A stretch of 64,000 nt of DNA from Gammaproteobacteria bacterium (GCA_027077805.1 JALWTS010000041.1:932-64931), one strand, 5' to 3'; positions 51,351 through 61,286 are shown, numbered from the stretch's first letter. Translations and numbers: made by a program. The notes: generated by a model from the sequence alone, not told the origin.

Positions 51351-52157
51351 ATGCCAACAACTACCCGCCCTACTGCCGTTGCTGGTCGCTTTTATCCCGA
51401 GAATCCCCAACAACTGCGACAACAAATTCAAGGTTTTATGTCTCAAGCAAGCATTCAGTCAGAACAGGCACCTAAAGCAATTATTGCACCTCATGCAGGC
51501 TATGTCTATTCGGGTGCGATTGCAGCAAATGCTTATGCACAACTCTTAAGCCGTAAAGATAAAATTAAGCGAGTCGTATTATTAGGCCCTGCTCACAGCG
51601 TGGCGTTTAGAGGAATTGCCACCAGCAGCGCGAATCATTATCAAAGCCCTTTCGGTTTAATTAAACTGGATCAAGCCACTCAAAATCAATTATTGACCTT
51701 ACCACAAGTACAGTTATTTGATATCGCACATGCCCAAGAACACAGTTTAGAAGTGCATTTACCATTTTTACAATATTTATTGACGGATTTTAGCTTAATT
51801 CCTTTGGTTGTTGGCAATACGACACCACAAGCGGTAGCAGAGGTGTTAGCTGAGGTTTGGGGGGGGGATGAAACCCTTATTGTGATTAGTTCTGATTTAA
51901 GTCATTACCATGATTATCAAACCGCAAAATCTATGGATCAAGCCACCTCACAATCCATTGTCGCATTGCAATATCAAACGATTACACCAGAAGATGCTTG
52001 TGGTTGCCATCCGATTAATGGTTTACTGTATTATGCCAAACAACAACAACTACACAGCGAAATTTTAGATTTACGCAATTCGGGTGATACGGCTGGACCA
52101 CGCAGTCAAGTAGTAGGCTATGGTGCCTATGGATTTTATCCATCATCTCACTCATAG
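51351..52157 (+). CDS. AmmeMemoRadiSam system protein B (Memo-like)
   Basis: 268 aa with RPTAVAGRFYP, IAPHAGYVYSG, LGPAH, EHSLEV and SSDLSHY. Confidence 0.85.
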   Translation: MPTTTRPTAVAGRFYPENPQQLRQQIQGFMSQASIQSEQAPKAIIAPHAGYVYSGAIAANAYAQLLSRKDKIKRVVLLGPAHSVAFRGIATSSANHYQSPFGLIKLDQATQNQLLTLPQVQLFDIAHAQEHSLEVHLPFLQYLLTDFSLIPLVVGNTTPQAVAEVLAEVWGGDETLIVISSDLSHYHDYQTAKSMDQATSQSIVALQYQTITPEDACGCHPINGLLYYAKQQQLHSEILDLRNSGDTAGPRSQVVGYGAYGFYPSSHS

Positions 52158-52176
52158 TCTTACGAAAGGATTTACC

Positions 52177-52734
52177 ATGGCATTAACAAGAGAACAGCAA
52201 TTATTATTATTAAACTTAGCTCAGTCTAGTATTATCCATGAGCTTGCTCAAATTCCACGACTATCACTAGAATTAAAGCATTATCCAAAACAATTCACCC
52301 AAACCCAAGCAAGTTTTGTTACCTTAGAAATCAATCAACAACTGAGAGGTTGTATCGGCAGTCTGCAAGCCCACCGCCCTTTAATCACTGACATTATTCA
52401 GAATGCTAAAGCAGCAGCATTTTCTGATCCTCGTTTTCCTATGGTCACACTCAAGGAATATCCACAACTCAGTTATCATATTTCACTACTTAATCCACCA
52501 CAACCCTTGATGGTAGAATCAGAACAAGATTTATTAAATAAACTGCAACCCAATATTGACGGCTTAATTTTGCAAGCAGGACATCATAAAGCCACCTTTT
52601 TACCCACCGTCTGGCAACAATTACCCAAAGCGAAAGATTTTTGGCAACATTTAAAACATAAAGCGGGTTTGCCAATGGATTATTGGTCAGATAGCATTGA
52701 ATTACAACGTTATACAACGGAATCGTTTTCTTAG
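52177..52734 (+). CDS. AmmeMemoRadiSam system protein A (AMMECR1 domain)
   Basis: It contains FVTLEINQQLRGCIGSL, DPRFP and ATFLPTVW. I use ATG 52177; the ORF-track start at 52120 overlaps the preceding gene. Confidence 0.85.
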   Translation: MALTREQQLLLLNLAQSSIIHELAQIPRLSLELKHYPKQFTQTQASFVTLEINQQLRGCIGSLQAHRPLITDIIQNAKAAAFSDPRFPMVTLKEYPQLSYHISLLNPPQPLMVESEQDLLNKLQPNIDGLILQAGHHKATFLPTVWQQLPKAKDFWQHLKHKAGLPMDYWSDSIELQRYTTESFS

Positions 52735-52808
52735 GAGTTGATAGATAGCGATGACATTGTTACCTAATATGACGAAACATTAACTTAATGTTATAATAAA
52801 CGAAAACC

Positions 52809-53384
52809 TTATTGCAATAAAAAACTGCTAAAATAAACGGCTTCTACGCCAGGCTTCCCAGTTTGTTCGGTTAAAATCCGTTGCAATTCTATCAATACCT
52901 TTTGGTTTAAGGCTTCCCTACCTTCACGAGTTTTTAACTCATCGGCATTTTGATGCGATAATAATAACAATATATTATTTTTAATTAACGGTTCATGGTA
53001 TTTAATTGCTTGAATTACCTGCTTGCTTCTAGTCATTACTTGAATTTCAACTTGCAGATAACGATTACTCGCATCATCCGCAAAATTTGCAATAAATGGT
53101 GGCTTAAAATAATAATAAATGGGTGGTGCATTCGGTTGATTCGGTGCATTATCAATGGCAATCGGTTGATTGGCTTGTTGTCGATAAAAGGATTGATCCT
53201 GCATAATCAGATAAACCATAGAACTCACTATGCTACCAAATAAAACAATACCCAAAATTACCAATAATACCAACCGTGTTGACGATTTAAACTGTTTTCG
53301 AGTTGAGGGCTGAACTTGCTTTTGCCCTTGTTCTTGCCCTTGCACTTGTTCTGTTTTTTCTAATCCATCGACCGATTCTGACAT
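52809..53384 (-). CDS. fliL: FliL-family (flagellar basal-body-associated) membrane protein
   Basis: It has one TM segment, then NFADDASNRYLQVEIQVMT...LLLSHQNADELKTREGREAL...VYFSSFLLQ. ATG 53384 lies 6 nt after GAGGGG. Confidence 0.72.
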   Translation of the reverse strand: MSESVDGLEKTEQVQGQEQGQKQVQPSTRKQFKSSTRLVLLVILGIVLFGSIVSSMVYLIMQDQSFYRQQANQPIAIDNAPNQPNAPPIYYYFKPPFIANFADDASNRYLQVEIQVMTRSKQVIQAIKYHEPLIKNNILLLLSHQNADELKTREGREALNQKVLIELQRILTEQTGKPGVEAVYFSSFLLQ

Positions 53385-53440
53385 AATCACCCCTCTAAAA
53401 TATATTTTTTGTTTTTTATAATTATAATTTTACTGTCAAT

Positions 53441-54502
53441 CTATGCACTATCTAAACCATAGCGTCTCATCTTTTCAAGCAATGTGGTTCGATTCAATCC
53501 CAATTTACACGCTGCCCTAGTTTTTACCATAGATTCGTGTGCCAGTGCCTGTTGAATTAAATGTTTTTCCAAATAACTCATATATTGCTTTAAATTAATT
53601 TTTTGATCTTTACTTAATATGATTTTATCAAATAATGCGAAAGATAATACCATGTTCTCTCCAGAATAAAAATCATCAGTTGTAAATTTTTGATTGTAAA
53701 TGTATTTTTCTGGAATATCGTCAATATCCGCCACTTCATAACGTCGTCTAATCATTAAACGGTGAATCACATTTTCTAATTCCCTGATATTGTTATCTTG
53801 CCAATGATAATTATAAAGCACCTGTCCTAATTCTTCGGTCAACCCAGTTTTGCTATGTAATTGTTTGGAATATATTGACAAAAAATGCTCGACTAATAAG
53901 GGAATATCTTCTTGTCGTTTGCGTAATGGTGGAATTAAGATGTCATAAACATTAATTCTATGATAAAGCTCAGGACGAAAGCGTTTTTGTTCGACAAGTT
54001 GTTCCAAATTTTCATTCGTGGCAAATAATACTCTCGCATCCAATGTTTTAACTTTCGTTGAACCAATGGGATAATACTGTCTAGTTTGCAATACGCGTAA
54101 TAATTTTACCTGTGCATTCAAAGATAGCTCTGCGACTTCATCTAAGAATAAAGTGCCTTTACCTGCCTGAGAAAAATAACCATCATGATCCCGAATCGCA
54201 TTAGAAAAAGCCCCTTTCACATAACCAAAAACTTCGGCTTCCCATAAACTTTCAGGAATAGCACCACAATTTACGCCAACAAACGGATATTGTTGTTTCC
54301 CACGTTCCGAATAATCATGAATGCTTTGCGCACAGACCTCTTTACCCACCCCTGATTCACCTCTAATTAGCACATAACAATCTGAAGTTACAACATGAAA
54401 AATATCATCACAAACCTTTTCCATCGCTTTGCTAACCGCAAATAATCGCTTTTTTAGTTCGGCTTTAAGAGGATTGTCTGAGTTATTTTGCGACCTTGCC
54501 AT
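53441..54502 (-). CDS. Sigma-54-type AAA+ enhancer-binding protein without a sensory domain, with a variant GAFTGA loop
   Basis: 353 aa with Walker A GESGVGKE, GAFSNA where GAFTGA is expected, Walker B LFLDEV, an RFRPELYHRINV R-finger region and a C-terminal Fis-type HTH (AACKLGLNRTTLLEKMRRYG). Confidence 0.8.
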   Translation of the reverse strand: MARSQNNSDNPLKAELKKRLFAVSKAMEKVCDDIFHVVTSDCYVLIRGESGVGKEVCAQSIHDYSERGKQQYPFVGVNCGAIPESLWEAEVFGYVKGAFSNAIRDHDGYFSQAGKGTLFLDEVAELSLNAQVKLLRVLQTRQYYPIGSTKVKTLDARVLFATNENLEQLVEQKRFRPELYHRINVYDILIPPLRKRQEDIPLLVEHFLSIYSKQLHSKTGLTEELGQVLYNYHWQDNNIRELENVIHRLMIRRRYEVADIDDIPEKYIYNQKFTTDDFYSGENMVLSFALFDKIILSKDQKINLKQYMSYLEKHLIQQALAHESMVKTRAACKLGLNRTTLLEKMRRYGLDSA

Positions 54503-55475
54503 TCACTGCTATCCTATCAATCAAATGATTCAGTGCTTGTAATTGAGGATAACTACCCGCAACAACGTCAATATATTGCAAGGTTCGTGGAATATCATTT
54601 AAATATCCTGACTTACCATCTCTTAAATACAATCGAGCAAAAATTCCTACGGCTTTTAAATGACGTTGTATCCCCATCCAATCAAACCACTGTAAAAATT
54701 GTTCTGCGGTAATCCCTGTGATTATCCCTGCTTGACAAGCCCCTTGATAATACTCATTAAGCCAATGGATAACCTCGTCTTTAGGCCAAGTAATATAGCA
54801 ATCTCTTAACAAGGAAACCAAATCATAACTCACCGGCCCAATCACGGCATCTTGAAAATCCAGAATGCCCGGATTTTTATCCGCACAAACCATTAAATTA
54901 CGAGAATGATAATCTCGATGAACACAAACTTTTACTTGAGCTAACGCTGATTCAATTAATAACTCAAATACTGATGCTATCGCTTGTTGTTCTGTTGGTG
55001 CTAACTGAATTTGTTGATACTTTATACAATACCAATCAATAAACAACTGCATTTCTCGTAACAACAATGCCCGATCATAATCAGGCAATTCCCCCTGTTG
55101 AGGTCCATAAGTTTGTAAGGTAATCAAAGCACGGATGGCATCACCATACAAACGTGCAACAGATCGTTGATTTAACTGCCCCAAATAAACCGTATTCCCC
55201 AGATCAGATAATAAAAAAAAGCCTTGCTCAAAATCAGACGCATAAATTTTCGGCACATTCAAACCAATTTGCTCAAATAATTGGGCAATATGAACAAAAG
55301 GATGACTATTTTCCTTTTCAGGAGGGGCATCCATGACAATCCAAGTTTGTTGTTTTTGTTGCACTCGAAAATAACGCCGAAAACTGGCATCACTTGAGGC
55401 AGGTTGTACAGAAAAGTCATTATGTTTAAGCACCTCGCTCAGCCATTGATGTAATAAATCCCAGCGTTCGTCCAT
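54483..55475 (-). CDS. amgK: Aminoglycoside-phosphotransferase-fold kinase, AmgK-like (anomeric MurNAc/GlcNAc kinase)
   Basis: It has SDASFRRYFRV near the N-terminus, a catalytic HRDYHSRNLM and ILDFQDA. It is divergent from lptD, as amgK is in Pseudomonas. The start is ATG 55475 or GTG 55487. Confidence 0.7.
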   Translation of the reverse strand: MDERWDLLHQWLSEVLKHNDFSVQPASSDASFRRYFRVQQKQQTWIVMDAPPEKENSHPFVHIAQLFEQIGLNVPKIYASDFEQGFFLLSDLGNTVYLGQLNQRSVARLYGDAIRALITLQTYGPQQGELPDYDRALLLREMQLFIDWYCIKYQQIQLAPTEQQAIASVFELLIESALAQVKVCVHRDYHSRNLMVCADKNPGILDFQDAVIGPVSYDLVSLLRDCYITWPKDEVIHWLNEYYQGACQAGIITGITAEQFLQWFDWMGIQRHLKAVGIFARLYLRDGKSGYLNDIPRTLQYIDVVAGSYPQLQALNHLIDRIAVNGKVAK

Positions 55476-55692
55476 AAAACTAAGCACTTATATTATTTAG
55501 GATATAACTATTTTATGCTTTTTTACGCAATTGTAAATAATTGAATTTTTTTTTCTTCTATTTCATGGTGAATGCTGTGCTATTAAAAAATTAGATGAAA
55601 TTTTGCAATAGTTGTTTAGAAACAATGCAAAACTCCAATCAATCATAAACCAATGATTGACTTATTGGGCAACAACCTTCTAAAATCTCTTC

Positions 55693-58182
55693 ATGGAAAG
55701 ATTAACACCTGAAAAAGGACAAAAGGTGAGACTAATAATAAAAATAATACTATTACTATTCACTTATGCAACGACATTTTCAAGCTGGGGAAATGGTTGG
55801 AATTGCCAACAACAAGGCGAAACATGGGTTTGCTTAGGTGATCCCTTGGCAGTACAAGCAACACAAGCCATTACCCAAAAACAAACTACGTTGACGGAAC
55901 AAGCCAACGAGATTGCCAAAACCACAGAAGCGGTAGAAGATGTCAATGAAACCGCAGAAATTAAAGCAATGTTAGCAGATCAAAGTGATATATCCCTCGC
56001 AAATGAACCTCAAATCCCCGCAATCAAGCCTTTACCCGATCAACTTGATTCCAGTATTGCTTGGGCACAATGCCAATATAATCCTCCCCAAGGCGCACCT
56101 GAAATCATTCCTAAAAGCCAACGAGAACAATCGCCACTTTATGTTGTCGCAGACAAGCTAGATCACAATTTTGACTGGGATTCGATTTTAAAAGGCAATG
56201 TGATTATTCAACGTGCCGATCAACAGTTGCAAGCCGATAAAGTCATTTATAATAAACAAGAACAAACCTTAAAAGCCCAAGGTCAAATTCGCTATCGTGA
56301 AAACCAAATTCGTTTACATGGTGATTCCGCCTATGTAGAACTCAATACTGACAAAGCCCAAATGCAAAATGCCAAGTTTTTAGTGGAATCGACTCGTAGT
56401 CGGGGCAGTGCCCAATATGTCGAGATTGAAAACCAATACGTTAGTCATTATCAAGAAATCAAATACACTACTTGTCAACCAGGCAATCAGGATTGGTTAT
56501 TAGAAGCCGAAAAACTAACCTTAGATCAAGAAGAAGGCATTGGTACGGCTCGTCATGCTTGGTTAAATTTTAAAGGTGTTCCCTTTTTATACACACCTTA
56601 TATTAGTTTTCCTTTAGATGATCGTAGAAAATCAGGTTTTTTAGCCCCCACCATTGGACAATCGAATGAGACAGGAACCGATATTATTACACCTTACTAC
56701 TGGAATATCGCCCCCGATCACGATGCCACCTTATACCCTCGTTACATGAGTGATAGAGGCTTTATGTTAGGGGGTGAATTTCGTTATTTAACACGCAATG
56801 AACAAGGATTTATGGTATTTGAATATTTACCTGACGATAAACAAAGCAAAGAAAAACGTGGCATGTTTGCCTTTAAAGACACTGGCAAAATCACGCCTAG
56901 ATTAAAAAGTAAAATCAATGTTAAATATGTTACAGATCGAGATTATTTTGATGATTTTGGCAGTCAACTTGGACTATCTAGCACTCGTTTTTTAGAACGG
57001 CAAGCCACCTTGATTTATGGTGGCGAAGATTGGCAACTCACAGGGCAATACCAATATTTTCAAAATGTGGATAGAAGTATTAATCGTGCGAATGATCCTT
57101 ATAGCCGTTTTCCACAAGTGCTATTTGAATTGGAAAAACCCGATCAATTTTTAGGTTTGACTTACCATTTACGCAGTGAATATGTCAACTTTAAGAAAGA
57201 TAATGCGGTTGAAGCAGATAGAATTGATATCAAGGCAGGTGTCAGCTTGCCGTGGCGTAATCAATGGTTTTATATCACCCCCAAAACCAGTATAAATTAT
57301 ACTTATTACAAGCTAAATGACGAACCTACCAATATTGATGATACCCAAAACCGAACTTTAGCAGATTTCAGCTTAGATACAGGATTATTTTTTGATCGTC
57401 ATGCCCAATGGGCAGGAAAAGCAATTTTACACACACTGGAACCAAGACTATATTACCTCTATCGTCCCCATAAAAATCAAGATGATATTCCAATTTTTGA
57501 TACCGCAGAATACGATTTTAATTTTCAACAACTATTTAGAGAAAATCGTTTTAACGGCACAGATAGATTAGCCGATGCGAATCAACTTACGGCTGCGATG
57601 AGTTCCAGCGTCATACGTCAAGAGACAGGAACGGAACTAATAAAACTAAGTTTAGGTCAAATCTTCTTTTTCCGAGATCGTAAGGTCAATTTACCCAATA
57701 TTGCTGATGATACTAATTCATCGTCAGCCTTTATCGCGGAACTGCAAGCAAGAATCAGTCAACACTGGCGAAGCAATGCCGCTATTCAATACGATTTTGA
57801 AAATCACAATGCCGATAAGCATGTGTTTGGCATACATTATGTCAACAAGGCCAGTTTGTTTAACGTTACTTACCGTCGTCGTGATTTACAACTCGAACAA
57901 ACCGACGTATCATTTCGCTTACCCATTACCCAAACGTGGCGAGTGGTCAGTCGCTGGCAATATTCCTTACTGTTTGATGCCACCATTGAAGCAATGGCAG
58001 GTTTAGAATACGAAAGTTGTTGTTGGATTGCCCGAACCTTAGTACGAAGTTATATCAATGATGTTGCAGAACAACGAAATAACTCGATTTATCTGCAACT
58101 AGAACTCAAAGGTTTCACTAGTTTTGGCGACAAAATCGACAAATTACTACAACGCAATGTTTTAGGTTATCAAGCACTATGA
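55693..58182 (+). CDS. lptD: LPS-assembly outer-membrane protein LptD
   Basis: 829 aa with an OstA-like N-domain and a large barrel (SGFLAPTIGQSNETG, LEPRLYYLY). It is followed by surA. Confidence 0.93.
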   Translation: MERLTPEKGQKVRLIIKIILLLFTYATTFSSWGNGWNCQQQGETWVCLGDPLAVQATQAITQKQTTLTEQANEIAKTTEAVEDVNETAEIKAMLADQSDISLANEPQIPAIKPLPDQLDSSIAWAQCQYNPPQGAPEIIPKSQREQSPLYVVADKLDHNFDWDSILKGNVIIQRADQQLQADKVIYNKQEQTLKAQGQIRYRENQIRLHGDSAYVELNTDKAQMQNAKFLVESTRSRGSAQYVEIENQYVSHYQEIKYTTCQPGNQDWLLEAEKLTLDQEEGIGTARHAWLNFKGVPFLYTPYISFPLDDRRKSGFLAPTIGQSNETGTDIITPYYWNIAPDHDATLYPRYMSDRGFMLGGEFRYLTRNEQGFMVFEYLPDDKQSKEKRGMFAFKDTGKITPRLKSKINVKYVTDRDYFDDFGSQLGLSSTRFLERQATLIYGGEDWQLTGQYQYFQNVDRSINRANDPYSRFPQVLFELEKPDQFLGLTYHLRSEYVNFKKDNAVEADRIDIKAGVSLPWRNQWFYITPKTSINYTYYKLNDEPTNIDDTQNRTLADFSLDTGLFFDRHAQWAGKAILHTLEPRLYYLYRPHKNQDDIPIFDTAEYDFNFQQLFRENRFNGTDRLADANQLTAAMSSSVIRQETGTELIKLSLGQIFFFRDRKVNLPNIADDTNSSSAFIAELQARISQHWRSNAAIQYDFENHNADKHVFGIHYVNKASLFNVTYRRRDLQLEQTDVSFRLPITQTWRVVSRWQYSLLFDATIEAMAGLEYESCCWIARTLVRSYINDVAEQRNNSIYLQLELKGFTSFGDKIDKLLQRNVLGYQAL

Positions 58183-58236
58183 AATATTTAATTTAATCAT
58201 TTATCCCCTTTTAATTTCGCAAGATTACTGACTACT

Positions 58237-59520
58237 ATGAAATATTTAACGATTATTTTAACCTTTGCCCTATTATTTAAAAGCTATTCACTTGCTTATG
58301 CTGAAGAAATTGACAGAATTGTTGCCATTGTCAACGATGATGTTGTTGTTGAAAGTGAATTGCAACAAACAATGGCAGTGCTAAAACAGCGTTTTGCAGA
58401 ACAAGGCAAGCATCAACTGCCTCCTGATAATATTTTGAAAACCCAAGTTTTGGAAAAATTAGTTGAAAACCGACTACAATTACAGATTGCTCAACTTTTA
58501 GGCATTCAAATCGATGATCAAATATTAAACCAAACGATTAAAAATATTGCGAAAAAAAATGGGCTAACATTATTCCAATTCCGTAAAGTTATTCAAGATA
58601 ACCAAGGCGATTTTGCTCGTTTTAGAGAAGATATTCGTAATGAACTATTACTCAAAAAATTACATGCCCAACAAGTTGCAAAAAAAATTATCATTACTGA
58701 ACAAGAAGTGAAAAACTTTTTAGCGACTTCACAACAAAATTCTAGCAATGCACGTTATCGTTTACGTCATATTTTAATTGCTTTACCAGAAGCCCCTTCG
58801 CCAGAAGAAATCCAACAAACCCGAGAAAAAGCAGAAAATCTTTACCAAAAACTGCAACAGGGGGCGGATTTTGAAGAGATGGCAATTCGTTATTCAGATG
58901 GTCAACACGCCTTAGAAGGGGGGGATTTAGGTTGGCGTGGCTTAGATCAAATTCCCTCACTATTTGCCACCATTGTGCCTGAAATGAAACCACAGCAATT
59001 AAGTGATATTTTACAAAGTGCTAGCGGTTTTCATATTATCCAATTGGTAGAAGTCGAAGGTCAAACGCTTGCAATGCAAACAAAAACCCATGTACGCCAT
59101 ATTTTAATCAAAACCGATAAAATGACCAATGACGAGATGGCAAAACAAAAATTATTATCGATTCGGCAACAAATATTGGCGGGTACCGATTTTTCGAGTC
59201 TAGCACAAACCTATTCTGATGATAAAACGTCTGCTATTAATGGCGGTGATTTAAATTGGGTGAAACCGGGTGATTTAGTTCCCGCATTTGAAACAGTGAT
59301 GAATCAACAAGCATTAAAGCAAGTGAGTCAACCCTTTAAAAGTCCCTTTGGCTGGCATATTTTGGAAGTATTAGAACGCCAAGAATACGATAGTCAAAAA
59401 GAACAGCGTTTACTAAAAGCAAAAGAAATTTTGCATCAACGTAAAATGGAACAGCAAGTGCAACTGTGGTTACGCCAACTCAAAGATCAAGCATATATTG
59501 AGTATCGTTTGGACAAATAA
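58237..59520 (+). CDS. surA: Periplasmic chaperone/peptidyl-prolyl isomerase SurA
   Basis: 427 aa with a signal peptide, DRIVAIVNDDVV and two parvulin domains (GGDLGW, FGWHI). Confidence 0.94.
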   Translation: MKYLTIILTFALLFKSYSLAYAEEIDRIVAIVNDDVVVESELQQTMAVLKQRFAEQGKHQLPPDNILKTQVLEKLVENRLQLQIAQLLGIQIDDQILNQTIKNIAKKNGLTLFQFRKVIQDNQGDFARFREDIRNELLLKKLHAQQVAKKIIITEQEVKNFLATSQQNSSNARYRLRHILIALPEAPSPEEIQQTREKAENLYQKLQQGADFEEMAIRYSDGQHALEGGDLGWRGLDQIPSLFATIVPEMKPQQLSDILQSASGFHIIQLVEVEGQTLAMQTKTHVRHILIKTDKMTNDEMAKQKLLSIRQQILAGTDFSSLAQTYSDDKTSAINGGDLNWVKPGDLVPAFETVMNQQALKQVSQPFKSPFGWHILEVLERQEYDSQKEQRLLKAKEILHQRKMEQQVQLWLRQLKDQAYIEYRLDK

Positions 59521-59560
59521 ACTAATCATTCAAATCAACAATTGATGACATTAGATTGTT

Positions 59561-61219
59561 CTATTCGATTTTCTTTAAAAAAACCACATGTGTTAAAGGT
59601 GCGTATTTTAGCGCCACCCACGCTTCATAAGTTTCATAACCTTTTGCCGTAACTTTAATATGATAATCACCCGGTGCCAATAACATACCCTCTTCATATT
59701 TAGGCTGGATATTTAGGATTTTAATCACTGCGTTCGTCCCCGATGGAATAATTTTAACACTAAAAGGATAAGCCGATTTTAATTCAACATTTGATTGCGG
59801 ATTAAAACTGATGGAAGGATGTGGTTGATTCGGTTGTGGGACGACTTCGATAAGTGCGTCAGTTTCTTTTTGCCATAATTTAGACCCTAGAATATCATGA
59901 GCGAGTTTCCCTAAACCCAAAATGATCAACCCCCCTAATAACATCATAATTATTTTAGGTATGCGATTATGACGAGCAATCTCGTAATCAATATTATTGA
60001 CATCGGCGTTATCACAACAAGAAGATTTTTGATTAGAATCAATTAAACGCGTTCGATTCACTTTATCCGCGCTAGATTTTACAATGGGGGATGACTTAGG
60101 TTTTGCGTTTACCCCAGTTACAGATTGCGTAACCGCATTGTCAACATCAACACTATCGCCAACGGCTTTCGTAGTAGCATTGTCAACATCAACACCATCG
60201 CCAACGGCTTGCGTGGCAGAATCCTGTTGATGACTGTGAGATGCAACACCATTGAAGTCTATGACACTCGAACCGAGACGATCAAAACGCCCCGTTGAAT
60301 TTAATTCCAATAATTCTTTGGTACAAGGATCGGCTTGTAAAGCCTGTTTCCATTCCGTCGCAGATTGCCAACGATCATCTTTTAACACGGCCAATGATTT
60401 TTCAACACTATTTAAAAATGTTTCTGAATAATGTTGCCGTTCATCTTCCGTCATAGGAATTAATGGATCAGGATTACCACTCATTTGTGTCGCGCCACGC
60501 AAACTCGATTCCACAGGTTTACGCCCCTTAATACAATGATAAACCACTGCTCCTAAGGCATAAAGGTCTGTCCAGGGCCCTTGCTGTTTTGCATCCGCAT
60601 AATATTGTTCAAATGGGGCGTAACCAGGGGTTAATAATGCCGTCATAGTTTTCGTTTGCCCCCCTAGAGCCTGCCTAGCCGCACCAAAATCTAGTAAAAC
60701 AGGCGAACCGTTTTCACGAATATAAATATTTGGCGGTTTAATATCCCGATGAATAATATTTTGTTGATGTAACACTTCTAAACCATCGAGCAATGGCAAC
60801 AAAATAGTTAAAATATCTTTTTGCAATAAAGTTCTTTTTTCTCTAATAATACTAGAAAAGCTACGCCCTTCTTCATATTCCATAATCATATAAGCCGTAC
60901 CATTGGCCTCAAAATAATCATAAATTCTGACCATATTCGGATGCTTAAAACGGGCTAAGGTTTGGGCTTCTTTTAAAAATCGATCAATACCCCAAGTAAA
61001 ATTATCATTCTGTAGTTGAGTTTTAGGTCGCACAATATCACTGGTATCTCGAACAGCCATATCCGCAGGCAAAAATTCTTTAATAGCGACTTTTTGGTTC
61101 AGTTTTACATTTTTTGCTAAATAAGTAATACCAAACCCCCCTTGTCCCAAAATACTCATAATCTCGTATTGCTGAAGATGTTGACCTGGTGCCAAGGCAT
61201 CTGGAAACTGCTCATTCAA
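59561..61219 (-). CDS. Hanks-type Ser/Thr protein kinase with a TM anchor and a C-terminal PEGA-like domain
   Basis: 552 aa with GQGGFGITY, VAIKEF, HRDIKPPNI, DFG and GYAPFEQ. A TM segment (IIMMLLGGLIILGL) is followed by a C-terminal beta-domain (GDYHIKVTAKGYETY). Confidence 0.88.
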   Translation of the reverse strand: MNEQFPDALAPGQHLQQYEIMSILGQGGFGITYLAKNVKLNQKVAIKEFLPADMAVRDTSDIVRPKTQLQNDNFTWGIDRFLKEAQTLARFKHPNMVRIYDYFEANGTAYMIMEYEEGRSFSSIIREKRTLLQKDILTILLPLLDGLEVLHQQNIIHRDIKPPNIYIRENGSPVLLDFGAARQALGGQTKTMTALLTPGYAPFEQYYADAKQQGPWTDLYALGAVVYHCIKGRKPVESSLRGATQMSGNPDPLIPMTEDERQHYSETFLNSVEKSLAVLKDDRWQSATEWKQALQADPCTKELLELNSTGRFDRLGSSVIDFNGVASHSHQQDSATQAVGDGVDVDNATTKAVGDSVDVDNAVTQSVTGVNAKPKSSPIVKSSADKVNRTRLIDSNQKSSCCDNADVNNIDYEIARHNRIPKIIMMLLGGLIILGLGKLAHDILGSKLWQKETDALIEVVPQPNQPHPSISFNPQSNVELKSAYPFSVKIIPSGTNAVIKILNIQPKYEEGMLLAPGDYHIKVTAKGYETYEAWVALKYAPLTHVVFLKKIE

Positions 61220-61286
61220 AAATCTATCCTCTACATTGTAAATTTTATTCTCTAAGTGTAACGAAATCCCCTAAATTTACCAATAA

